Shown here: positions 37,162 through 64,000 of the stretch, one piece after another
Layout of the letters: the number at the start of each line of letters is the position of its first letter
Numbering within the stretch: position 1 is the first letter of the stretch
Origin: Candidatus Marinacidobacterium sp.
Lineage (GTDB): Bacteria > Acidobacteriota > Vicinamibacteria > Marinacidobacterales > Marinacidobacteraceae
Direction of reading: 5' to 3'
Length of the DNA: 64,000 nucleotides
Assembly: GCA_965204755.1 (NCBI GenBank)
Contig: OZ242011.1
Coordinates: forward strand, 160,001-224,000
The notes under the pieces: model-generated
What the model saw: only the letters and a program-made list of their open reading frames with translations
Told to the model about the DNA's origin: nothing
The model's database searches: none
Translations under genes and position numbers: made by a program

Positions 37162-37560
37162 TCAGTTCCAATAGCCGACGGCCAAACCCAGCGCGGCGCC
37201 GAAGCCGACGATCACCAGCGGCGCCGCGAGCATCGCGCCCGCCACGCGGGCGAGCGGACGCGGCTTCCTTCGGCCGGGGACGAAGCAGATCAGCCCCTGC
37301 GCGCCGATCGCGGCGAAGAGCGCGCCGTAGGCGGCGCCGGGCCGGGCGCAGTAGGGGCAATCCGGCGGCCCCGGCGTCTGGATGTTGCAGTGCGCCGCGC
37401 CGCCCGCCCGGAGCGAAACGCAGCCGCAGTCGTAGGTCAGGTGGCAGAGGTCGAGGAAGAACACCGAGACGGCCGCCGCCGCCACGACGAAGCCGGCGGC
37501 CCGCAGCCAGAAGCCGCCCCGGCCGGAGCGCCGGCCCGAGCGCCGCCCGTCGTCCTCCAC
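37162..37560 (-). CDS. Small Cys-rich membrane protein
   Basis: TM, then LCHLTYDCGC...HCNIQ...DCPYC, then two TMs. Confidence 0.6.
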   Translation of the reverse strand: MEDDGRRSGRRSGRGGFWLRAAGFVVAAAAVSVFFLDLCHLTYDCGCVSLRAGGAAHCNIQTPGPPDCPYCARPGAAYGALFAAIGAQGLICFVPGRRKPRPLARVAGAMLAAPLVIVGFGAALGLAVGYWN

Positions 37561-37674
37561 CGCCTCGTCCTCCCCTTCCTCCGCTCCGCCCCCGCCCGCT
37601 CTTCCGACCGCCGGATTCTACGGCGCGGGAGGGCTCCGGGAACGGCGCTCGCCCGTAAGATTTCCGGCGCGGGG

Positions 37675-38544
37675 ATGCGAGCGGAGCGGCGGGAGCGGGA
37701 GCGGCGGCGGGTCGGGGCGCTGCTGCTCCTGCCGGCGCTGCTCGCGGTCGCGGCGTTCGCCGCGGCGCCCATCGGGGTGCTGATCCGGCTCTCGCTCTTC
37801 GAGCCCGGCCCGCTCGCCCCGCTCGAAGGCGCGGCGTCGCTCGCCTCCTTCGCGGCGCTCGCGGAATCCCCCTACCCCGCGGTGGCGCTCCGCACCCTCC
37901 GGCTGGCGGCGCTCACCACTCTCTTCACGGCGCTCCTCGGCTTCCCGGCGGCGGTCGCCCTCTCCCGGTCGCGGGGCGCGTGGCGGAGCGCGCAGTTGCT
38001 CATCGTGGTGTCGCCGCTGCTCATGTCCATCGTGGTGCGCGCTTACGGCTGGATGCTGCTCCTCGGGCGCCAGGGCTTCCTCGGCGGGCTCCGGGAAGCG
38101 GTCGGCCTGCCCCGCGCCGGGCTCCTCCACACCGAGACCGCCGTCCTGCTGGCGCTCGTCGAATCCTTCCTCCCGTTCATGATCCTGGCGCTCACCGCGA
38201 GCCTCGACCGGATCGACCCGCGGCTGGTCGAGGCCGCCCGCAGCCTGGGCGCCTCCCCGTTCCGGGCCTTTTCGCGGGTCACCCTGCCGCTCGCGCTGCC
38301 CGGGCTGGTGGCCGGCGCGAGTTTCGTGTTGGTCGGCGGGCTCTCGGCCTACGCCACCCCGGCCCTGCTGGGCGGCGCCGCGACCCGCACCCTGGTCCTG
38401 GAGATCTACGAACTCGTCGCGGTCACCTTCGACTGGCCGACCGCCGCCGCCGCGTCGCTCGCGCTGCTCGCCGCGGCCTCGGCGCTGGTCGCCGCCGGGG
38501 CGCTCGTCAGCCGCCGGCGGACCGCCGCCTGGTTCGGGGCGTGA
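37675..38544 (+). CDS. ABC transporter permease (PotB-like)
   Basis: PLLMSIVVRAYGW, LVEAARSLGASPFRAFSRVTLPL (EAA loop), TPALLGG. Confidence 0.9.
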   Translation: MRAERRERERRRVGALLLLPALLAVAAFAAAPIGVLIRLSLFEPGPLAPLEGAASLASFAALAESPYPAVALRTLRLAALTTLFTALLGFPAAVALSRSRGAWRSAQLLIVVSPLLMSIVVRAYGWMLLLGRQGFLGGLREAVGLPRAGLLHTETAVLLALVESFLPFMILALTASLDRIDPRLVEAARSLGASPFRAFSRVTLPLALPGLVAGASFVLVGGLSAYATPALLGGAATRTLVLEIYELVAVTFDWPTAAAASLALLAAASALVAAGALVSRRRTAAWFGA

Positions 38545-38549
38545 GGGCG

Positions 38550-39428
38550 ATGCCGCCCGGAAGTTCGCCCGGCGCGCGCCCGGGGAGGCACGCGCTCGCC
38601 GCCGCCGCCGGGCTGGCTTACGCCCTCCTGCTGGCGGCGCCGCTGGCGGTGCTCGCCTACTCGCTCAGTCCGACCGCGGCGCTGGAGATCCCGCCGACCG
38701 GCGCCAGCCTGCGGTGGTACGCCGGCCTGCTCGACCAGCCCCGGCTCCTGTCCGGGCTCGGGACGAGCGTGTCGCTCGGCCTGCTCGCCACCGGCGGGTC
38801 GCTGGCGCTCGGCGTCGCCGCCGCGCTCGGGCTCACCCGCGCCGCCCTGCCCGGGCGGGAGGCCGTTCTCGCCTTCCTCCTGTCGCCGCTCAGCCTGCCC
38901 GGACTGGTGCTCGGCGTCGGGCTCCTCACCGCCGTTTCGCTGGCGGCCCGGGCCACCGGCGTCCAACTGGCCGGCACGCTCGCGCCGCTGCTGGCCGCCC
39001 ACCTGGTGATCACGCTCCCCTGGGTGGTGCGCAGCGTGGCCGCCACCCTGGAGTCCGCGGACCCGGCCCTCGAAGAGCAGGCGCGGAGCCTCGGCGCCGG
39101 GCCGATCGCCGCCCTGTTCCTCGTCACGCTGCCGGGCGCCCGCGCCGGCATCCTGGCCGGGGCGGTGTTCGCGTTCGTGGTGTCCTTCGGCAACTTCGCG
39201 CTTTCGCTCTTCCTGGTCAGCGGGCGGACGATCACCCTGCCGGTGGCCATCTTCGAGAGCGTGGACCGTTACCAGGACCCCACCGCCGCCGCGATCAGCA
39301 CGGTGGCGATCCTGCTCACCGCCGGCGCCGCCCTCCTCGCCGACCGCCTCTCCGGCGTCCTGACCCTCCCGGCCCCCCGTGCTCGCGCCGGCCGCGCCCG
39401 CGCCGGCGCGCCCGCCGGCGGACGATGA
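38550..39428 (+). CDS. ABC transporter permease (PotC-like)
   Basis: SLRWY, LEEQARSLGA, FVVSFGNF, TLPVAIF. Confidence 0.9.
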   Translation: MPPGSSPGARPGRHALAAAAGLAYALLLAAPLAVLAYSLSPTAALEIPPTGASLRWYAGLLDQPRLLSGLGTSVSLGLLATGGSLALGVAAALGLTRAALPGREAVLAFLLSPLSLPGLVLGVGLLTAVSLAARATGVQLAGTLAPLLAAHLVITLPWVVRSVAATLESADPALEEQARSLGAGPIAALFLVTLPGARAGILAGAVFAFVVSFGNFALSLFLVSGRTITLPVAIFESVDRYQDPTAAAISTVAILLTAGAALLADRLSGVLTLPAPRARAGRARAGAPAGGR

Positions 39429-40468
39429 CTCCCGGTTCGACGCCCGCGCCTCCCGGCCGGCGGCGCCGCCGGCGGCCGGGGCGCCTCGCCGCCGCGTCCG
39501 CGCTCGCCGCCCTCTCCGCCTGCAGCGGCGGAAGCGGCCAGCCGGAACTGGTCATCGCGGCGCCGCCGGGCCGGATCGCCGACCTGGAGGAGCGCTTCGC
39601 GCCGGCCTTCGAGGAGGCCGCCGGCGCCCGGATCGTCCCGGTGGGGCTGCGCTCCGGCGACCAGGTGGCGCGGGTGCGCATCGAGCGCGGCAACCCCTCG
39701 CTGGACCTCCTGTGGATCGACGCCGGCGAAGCGGCGCTCCTGGCCCGGGAGGGCCTGCTCCGCCCGCCGTCCGAGATCCGGGCGCCGCACCTCGACGCCC
39801 TCGGCCCGGCGGACGGGCCCGGCGCCCTGCCCCCGACCTTCTCTTCCGCCGTGGGGTTCCTCTACAACACCGAGGCCCTGCCGGCGCCGCCCCGTTCCTG
39901 GGCGGCGCTCTTCGACCCGGCGCTCGCCGGCCGGCTCGCTCTCTTCCACTTCGGCAGCACCCTCGGCCCGCTCACCGTCGCGGCGCTCGCCCACCTCGAA
40001 ACCGGGGACGGGACCGACGCCGACGCCGGGTTCCGGCGGCTGGCGGAACTCCGGCCGAATGTGCTCCACTTCGGCGGCAGCGGCCCGGCGAACAACCAGT
40101 TGGTGGCGCAGGGCGAGGCCTGGCTCACCTTGGGGCTCCCCGCCCAGGCCCGCCACCTCCGGGAGGCGGGAGCGCCGGTGGGCTGGATCGCCCCGGCGGA
40201 AGGCGCAATCGCCCTGCCCCAGGGCATCCAGGTGGTCGCCGGGACCCGCCGGCCGGCGCTCGCCGACGCCTTCGTGGACCACCTGTTCTCGCCGGGGATG
40301 CAGGCCGTCGCCGCCCGCGCGCTGGAACTCGTCCCCGCGCGCCCCGAGGTCCCGCTCCCGGCCGGTCTCCCGGCGCCGGACTCGCTGCTCCGGCTCGACC
40401 TCCCGGCGATCGGCCGGCTGCGCCCGGAGTGGGCCGCCCGGTTCCGCCGGGAGGTCCTCGGCGAGTGA
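39425..40468 (+). CDS. ABC solute-binding lipoprotein (PotD-like family)
   Basis: Lipobox LSAC, GFLYNT...PRSWAALFDP, PAEGAI, AFVDHLFSP. Confidence 0.85.
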   Translation: MTPGSTPAPPGRRRRRRPGRLAAASALAALSACSGGSGQPELVIAAPPGRIADLEERFAPAFEEAAGARIVPVGLRSGDQVARVRIERGNPSLDLLWIDAGEAALLAREGLLRPPSEIRAPHLDALGPADGPGALPPTFSSAVGFLYNTEALPAPPRSWAALFDPALAGRLALFHFGSTLGPLTVAALAHLETGDGTDADAGFRRLAELRPNVLHFGGSGPANNQLVAQGEAWLTLGLPAQARHLREAGAPVGWIAPAEGAIALPQGIQVVAGTRRPALADAFVDHLFSPGMQAVAARALELVPARPEVPLPAGLPAPDSLLRLDLPAIGRLRPEWAARFRREVLGE

Positions 40469-42033
40469 CCTCCGCGCGGGTCGCCGGGCCGGCCTCGGGT
40501 GTCGCGCGGTACCTGCTCCCCGACCCGGCGGCGATGCGCGGGCCGGGCGCGGCCGGCCTCCGCGAGTGGGTGGAGCGGCTGGCCGTCCGGTTCGAGGCGG
40601 CCGGTTTCACCGCGCCGCCGGCGGGGGCGGGCCGGGCGCCGGAACCCCGCTTCCTCGATCCGGCTTCGCAGCCGGGGGACGAAGAGCCGCTCCTGCCGCG
40701 CGCGGAGTGGGCCGAGGCGGCGCGGTGGGCGGCGGCCGCCGAAGTCACCGAGCCGGAGCGGCAGGCGGCGCTGCTGCTCCTGACCGATGTCCTCGCCGTC
40801 GGCGCCGCGCCGCCGGTCCGCGGTCTCTCCGTACCGTTCCCGGCGGCGCTTTCCCCGGAGATGCGCCCGCCGGGGTCGGCCGGCCGCGGGAGTTGCAGCC
40901 TCGGCCTGCGCGCCTCCCTCTGGCGTCCGCCGGCGGACGGGCGGCGGAGCGTCCCCGTCGGCGAAGCCGTCCTCCGGAACCGCGCCGCCGGGGACGGCCG
41001 GGAACTCCTGGTCGGCCCGGAGTGCGTGAACGCGGCGGTGGCCGCCGCCGAGGCGGCTTCGCGCCCGCTCCGGGACCTCTTGGACGCCATCGTGGTCGGC
41101 AGCGCGGTCGGCGACTGGAGACGCCGGGCAGTCGGGCGGACGATGGAACGGCTCGGCATCCACGCCCCCGGGGCGCTCGCGCCCGTCGCCTCCGCCGCCG
41201 CAGTCACCCGCCTCCTCGGTCTCGGGCCGGAAGCGACGGCGGCCCGCCTCCGCCTCGCGGAGACACTCACCCCGATCCATCCCTACGGCGCCTTCGCCGG
41301 CGGCGCCCCGATCAAACTCCTCTACGGCGCCTGGGGGCAGTTCCTGGGACTCCTCGCCGCGATGGACGGCCCGGAGGCCTTCCCCCGTCCGGCGGCGGCG
41401 GCGACGGAAGCCGGGAACCGCTGGCCGGAGGAACCCGGGGCGGCGGTCCGGCGGATCGCCTACAAGAAGTACCCCGGATCCCGCGCCGTCCAGCCGGTCG
41501 CAGCCGCGGTGGAGCGCCTTCCCCGCTTCTCCGCGGCCGACCTCGAAACCGTCCGCCTCCTCCGGATCGAGGCCTACCCCTTCGCGGCGGAGATCTCCGG
41601 CTGGGCCGACCCGGCCCGCGGACCGATCGCCCGGCAGATGCACCTTCCCACCGCGGCGGTGATCGCCCTGGGCGCGCGGTCGGCCGGGAGGCCGCTGTCG
41701 GTCCATGACTACGGGCCCCCGCCCGGCCCCGCCGCCGCCGCGCCGGTCGCCCGCGCCGAGGTCCGCGCCCGCGAGTTCGGCGCCGACCCGGCGACCACCC
41801 GGGTGCGCCGGGCGCGGCTCTTCGTCCGGCTCGGGGACGGCCGGGAATTCGAGGCGGAAGCCGGCGCCCCGTTCGATCCGCCGCCCCCGGAGGCGATCCG
41901 CGCGCGGTTCCGCTCCCTGACGGAGGGGACCGGGCTCCGGGATCCGGGCGGGTTGCCCCCGGACGCCCCGGTCAGCGCCCTCTTCGCCGCCGGCGGAGCG
42001 GCGGCCCGGCATAAGACAATGACCGCCGCGTGA
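40465..42033 (+). CDS. Divergent MmgE/PrpD-family protein
   Basis: LLTDVLAVG, LLDAIVVG, GIHAPGALAPVASAAAVTRLLGL, IKLLYGAW, IAYKKYP. Overlaps both neighbours by GTGA. Confidence 0.6.
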   Translation: MTSARVAGPASGVARYLLPDPAAMRGPGAAGLREWVERLAVRFEAAGFTAPPAGAGRAPEPRFLDPASQPGDEEPLLPRAEWAEAARWAAAAEVTEPERQAALLLLTDVLAVGAAPPVRGLSVPFPAALSPEMRPPGSAGRGSCSLGLRASLWRPPADGRRSVPVGEAVLRNRAAGDGRELLVGPECVNAAVAAAEAASRPLRDLLDAIVVGSAVGDWRRRAVGRTMERLGIHAPGALAPVASAAAVTRLLGLGPEATAARLRLAETLTPIHPYGAFAGGAPIKLLYGAWGQFLGLLAAMDGPEAFPRPAAAATEAGNRWPEEPGAAVRRIAYKKYPGSRAVQPVAAAVERLPRFSAADLETVRLLRIEAYPFAAEISGWADPARGPIARQMHLPTAAVIALGARSAGRPLSVHDYGPPPGPAAAAPVARAEVRAREFGADPATTRVRRARLFVRLGDGREFEAEAGAPFDPPPPEAIRARFRSLTEGTGLRDPGGLPPDAPVSALFAAGGAAARHKTMTAA

Positions 42034-43139
42034 GTTCGAACGAGCCGGCGGGAGGCCGCGCGGAACCGCCCCCCGGACTCGAACTGCGGGGCCTCACCAA
42101 GAAGTACGGAGAGCGGGAGGCGCTCTCCGGGGTCTCCCTGGCGGTGGGCCGGGGCGAACTGGTGGCGCTCCTCGGATCGAGCGGCGCCGGCAAGACCACC
42201 GTGCTGAGGGCCATCGCCGGGCACCTCGAGCCCGACGGGGGCGAAATCCGCATCGGCGGCCGTTCGGTCGAAGGCGTCCCGCCGGAACGCCGGCAAGTGG
42301 GGATGGTCTTCCAGAGTTACGCGCTCTTCCCGCACCTCACCGCGCGCCGGAATGTGGCCTTCGGCCCGGAACGGCGAGGGAAATCCCGGGAGGAGGCGCT
42401 CGACCTCGCCGACGACCTGCTGGAGCGGATCGGCCTGATCGAACTGGCGAACCGCTACCCCCGGCAGATCTCCGGCGGCGAACAGCAGCGGGTGGCGGTG
42501 GCCCGGGCGCTGGCCATCGAGCCCGAGGTGCTGCTGCTCGACGAACCGCTCTCCAGTCTGGACGCCGCCCTCCGCCGGGAACTCCGGGGGCTCCTCCGGG
42601 AAGTCCAGCAGGCCTTCGCCGCCACGACGCTCTGGGTGACCCACGACCAGGAGGAGGCGCTCACCGTCGCCGACCGGGTGGCGCTGCTCCACGAGGGCCG
42701 CATCCAGCAGGCGGGGACCCCGCTCGAACTCCACACCCGCCCGGCCAACCCCTTCGTGGCCGGCTTCGTGGGGAAGATGAACCTCTTCCCCGCCGTCCCG
42801 GAGGGCGCGGACCTCTTCCGGCTGCGGGGAGGGCCGTCGGTGCGCGTCGCCCCCGACCCCGGCCCGGCGCCGGGGAGCGGGCGCCCGCGCCGGGAAGTCA
42901 CCGTCGGGATGCGCCCGGAGGTCGTCCGCATCGGCCACCCGCCCCCGACTCCGGGGTTCAATGCCGCGAGAGCGGAGGTGAAGCGGATCGCCTTCCTCGG
43001 GGACCGGCTGGAGATCGAACTCGAACTCGAGGGCCGCCTGCGGCTGGTCGCCCGCGGCAACGCGCTCTTCGAGAGCCGCGCCCGCGAAGGCGACCGGGTC
43101 CGCCTCTACTGGCCGATCGCGGACACCCGGCTGCTGTAG
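42030..43139 (+). CDS. ABC transporter ATP-binding protein (PotA-like, TOBE)
   Basis: GSSGAGKTT, FQSYALFPH, ISGGEQQR, LLLDEP, VTHDQEEA. Confidence 0.95.
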   Translation: MSSNEPAGGRAEPPPGLELRGLTKKYGEREALSGVSLAVGRGELVALLGSSGAGKTTVLRAIAGHLEPDGGEIRIGGRSVEGVPPERRQVGMVFQSYALFPHLTARRNVAFGPERRGKSREEALDLADDLLERIGLIELANRYPRQISGGEQQRVAVARALAIEPEVLLLDEPLSSLDAALRRELRGLLREVQQAFAATTLWVTHDQEEALTVADRVALLHEGRIQQAGTPLELHTRPANPFVAGFVGKMNLFPAVPEGADLFRLRGGPSVRVAPDPGPAPGSGRPRREVTVGMRPEVVRIGHPPPTPGFNAARAEVKRIAFLGDRLEIELELEGRLRLVARGNALFESRAREGDRVRLYWPIADTRLL

Positions 43140-43317
43140 CGCCCCGCCGGCCGCCGGGCCCCCGCGGCCCGCGCCGGCGGTCTTCCCCGCCCCGCGCGAG
43201 GGGCCGGCTCGGCCCCGCCGACCCCGCCGGGCCCGGGTCGAAGCCCCCCGGCGCGTCGCCGGCGCCCCGCGCGCGGCCCGGGGCCGTCCTTTATCGAGCC
43301 GGCCTGCAGAGTCGGCA

Positions 43318-43400
43318 TTTTCCTGTGTTGTTGGTGGCTTTTTATGGCATAATGTTGAACGGTCGAACGGTTTTTCGACCTCTTTTATTACTAAGCAACA
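43318..43400 (+). promoter_or_regulatory. AT-rich promoter region of the giant protein gene
   Basis: TG-g-CATAAT extended -10-like element at about 43345-43353, and inverted repeat GGTCGAA-cggttt-TTCGACC at 43361-43380. Confidence 0.55.
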
Positions 43401-43440
43401 TTTTTCGCTCCTCTTCATTGGCCGACCGTCCACGGAACGG

Positions 43441-62868
<19,428 letters not shown>

Positions 62869-62902
62869 GCGCCGCGCCTGCCGGGCGACCCTGCCCGGCG
62901 AC

Positions 62903-64000
62903 TCACTCGGCCCAGCCGAGACTCCGCTCCACCGCCTTCCGCCAGTCGGCGAGGCGGCGGCCGCGCTCGGCGGCCGGCATCCGGGGCTCGAAGCGGGCGT
63001 CCTCGGCGAGCGCGTCGGCCAGGTCGGCTTCGGAGTCCCAAAAACCCACGGCCAGCCCGGCGCATACCGCCGCTCCGAGAGCGGTGGTCTCCAGTTGCCG
63101 GGGCCGGACGACCGGGGCTTCGATCAGGTCCGCCTGGAAGGCGAGCAGGTCGTCGTTCACCGCCATGCCGCCGTCCACCCGGAGTTCCGAGACCGGGAAG
63201 CGGGCGTCCCGGCCCATCGCCTCGAGCACCTCGGCGACCTGGAACGCCGAGGCCTCGACGGCGGCGCGGGCGAAGTGGCGGCGGTCAGCGTGGCGGGTGA
63301 GGCCGCAGATGACGCCGCGCGCGTCCGGGCGCCACCGGGGGGAGAACAGGCCGGAGAAGGCCGGGACGATGACGACGCCGCCGCTGTCCCCGACTTCGCG
63401 CGCGAGCGCGGCGATCCCCTCGGCGGACCCGGCCAGGCCCAACTGGTCGCGCAGCCACTGGACGAGCGACCCGGCGACGGCGACGGAGCCCTCGAGGGCG
63501 TAGTCGGTGCGCCCCGGTTCCGCGTAGGCCACCGTGGTGAGCAGCCCGGACGCCGACGGGACCGGCTCGCTCCCGGTGTGGAGGAGCAGGAACGCGCCGG
63601 TGCCGTAAGTGCACTTCGCCTCCCCCGTCCGCCGCCGCAACTGGCCGAGGAGCGCGGACTGCTGGTCGCCGAGGACCCCGGCCACCGGGACTTCCGCCCC
63701 GAAGGGGCCGTCCGCCTTCGTCCGGCCCCACGCCTCCGGGTGCGCCGAGGGGACGATCTCCGGGAGCATCCGCAGCGGGATCCGCTGCGCCTCCGCCAGT
63801 TCCGCGCTCCACTCCAGCCGGCGGAGGTCCATGAGCAGCGTGCGGCTCGCGTTCGTCGGGTCGGTCGCGTGCCGGCGGCCGCCGGTGAGGTTCCACGCGA
63901 GCCAGGAATCCACCGTGCCGAAAACGGCGCGGCCGGCGGCGGCGCGTTCCCGGAGGCCGTCCACGGAGTCGAGCAGCCAGCGCAACTTGGGCCCGGAGAA
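62903..64000 (-). CDS. glpK: Glycerol kinase, 5' part outside the window
   Basis: FGTVDSWL, TDPTNASRT, GDQQSAL, AKCTYGTGAF, YALEGS, VPAFSGL, LRVDGG, ETTALGAA. Confidence 0.96.
   Translation of the reverse strand, partial: FSGPKLRWLLDSVDGLRERAAAGRAVFGTVDSWLAWNLTGGRRHATDPTNASRTLLMDLRRLEWSAELAEAQRIPLRMLPEIVPSAHPEAWGRTKADGPFGAEVPVAGVLGDQQSALLGQLRRRTGEAKCTYGTGAFLLLHTGSEPVPSASGLLTTVAYAEPGRTDYALEGSVAVAGSLVQWLRDQLGLAGSAEGIAALAREVGDSGGVVIVPAFSGLFSPRWRPDARGVICGLTRHADRRHFARAAVEASAFQVAEVLEAMGRDARFPVSELRVDGGMAVNDDLLAFQADLIEAPVVRPRQLETTALGAAVCAGLAVGFWDSEADLADALAEDARFEPRMPAAERGRRLADWRKAVERSLGWAE

Noticed and set aside
37061-37165. Glycine-riboswitch-like words (GGAGAG...GCCGAAGG-GCA) on the plus strand
   Set aside because: The CUCUCAGG element is missing and the sequence points into the 3' end of an opposite-strand gene.
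43340-43360. Sigma54 promoter at TGGCATAATGTTGAA
   Set aside because: The -12 TTGC element is absent at the required spacing.

Overview
This is a gene-dense, very GC-rich (roughly 70-75% by eye) bacterial window with about 37 CDS. I found no rRNA, tRNA, CRISPR array or transposase. Short exported VWA proteins paired with TPR proteins, a MoxR/Bat operon and a CxxCH-MPPW cytochrome suggest an Acidobacteriota-like diderm (inference). The left third holds a minus-strand gene run (TPR, VWA, two paralogous GT-C-like membrane proteins with unrecognised Cys-containing C-terminal repeats, PA0069-type radical SAM, DmpA peptidase), then fabF-like, osmC-like, a candidate 6S-like RNA, and a MoxR-DUF58-BatABCDE operon ending in a Tat-exported M20 hydrolase. 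The middle holds a His-motif TPR protein, a heavy-metal-binding/cytochrome c/TPR/VWA run, ybaK-like, SDR, ppk1, RibD_C plus MDR dehydrogenase, a membrane hydrolase, a cupin, and a PotABCD-like ABC operon with an embedded MmgE/PrpD gene. The right third is a 19.3-kb Calx-beta repeat giant protein with ten 693-bp units, a poly-Gly linker and an autotransporter-like barrel, followed by partial glpK. The most notable observations are the repeat-bearing GT-C pair, the near absence of AGCT and ACGT with a C-to-T footprint, the orphan structured RNA, the adhesin signal peptide with no canonical in-frame start, and an apparently copper-ligand-less cytochrome c monooxygenase-like protein. All family calls come from motif recognition by eye; no searches were run.
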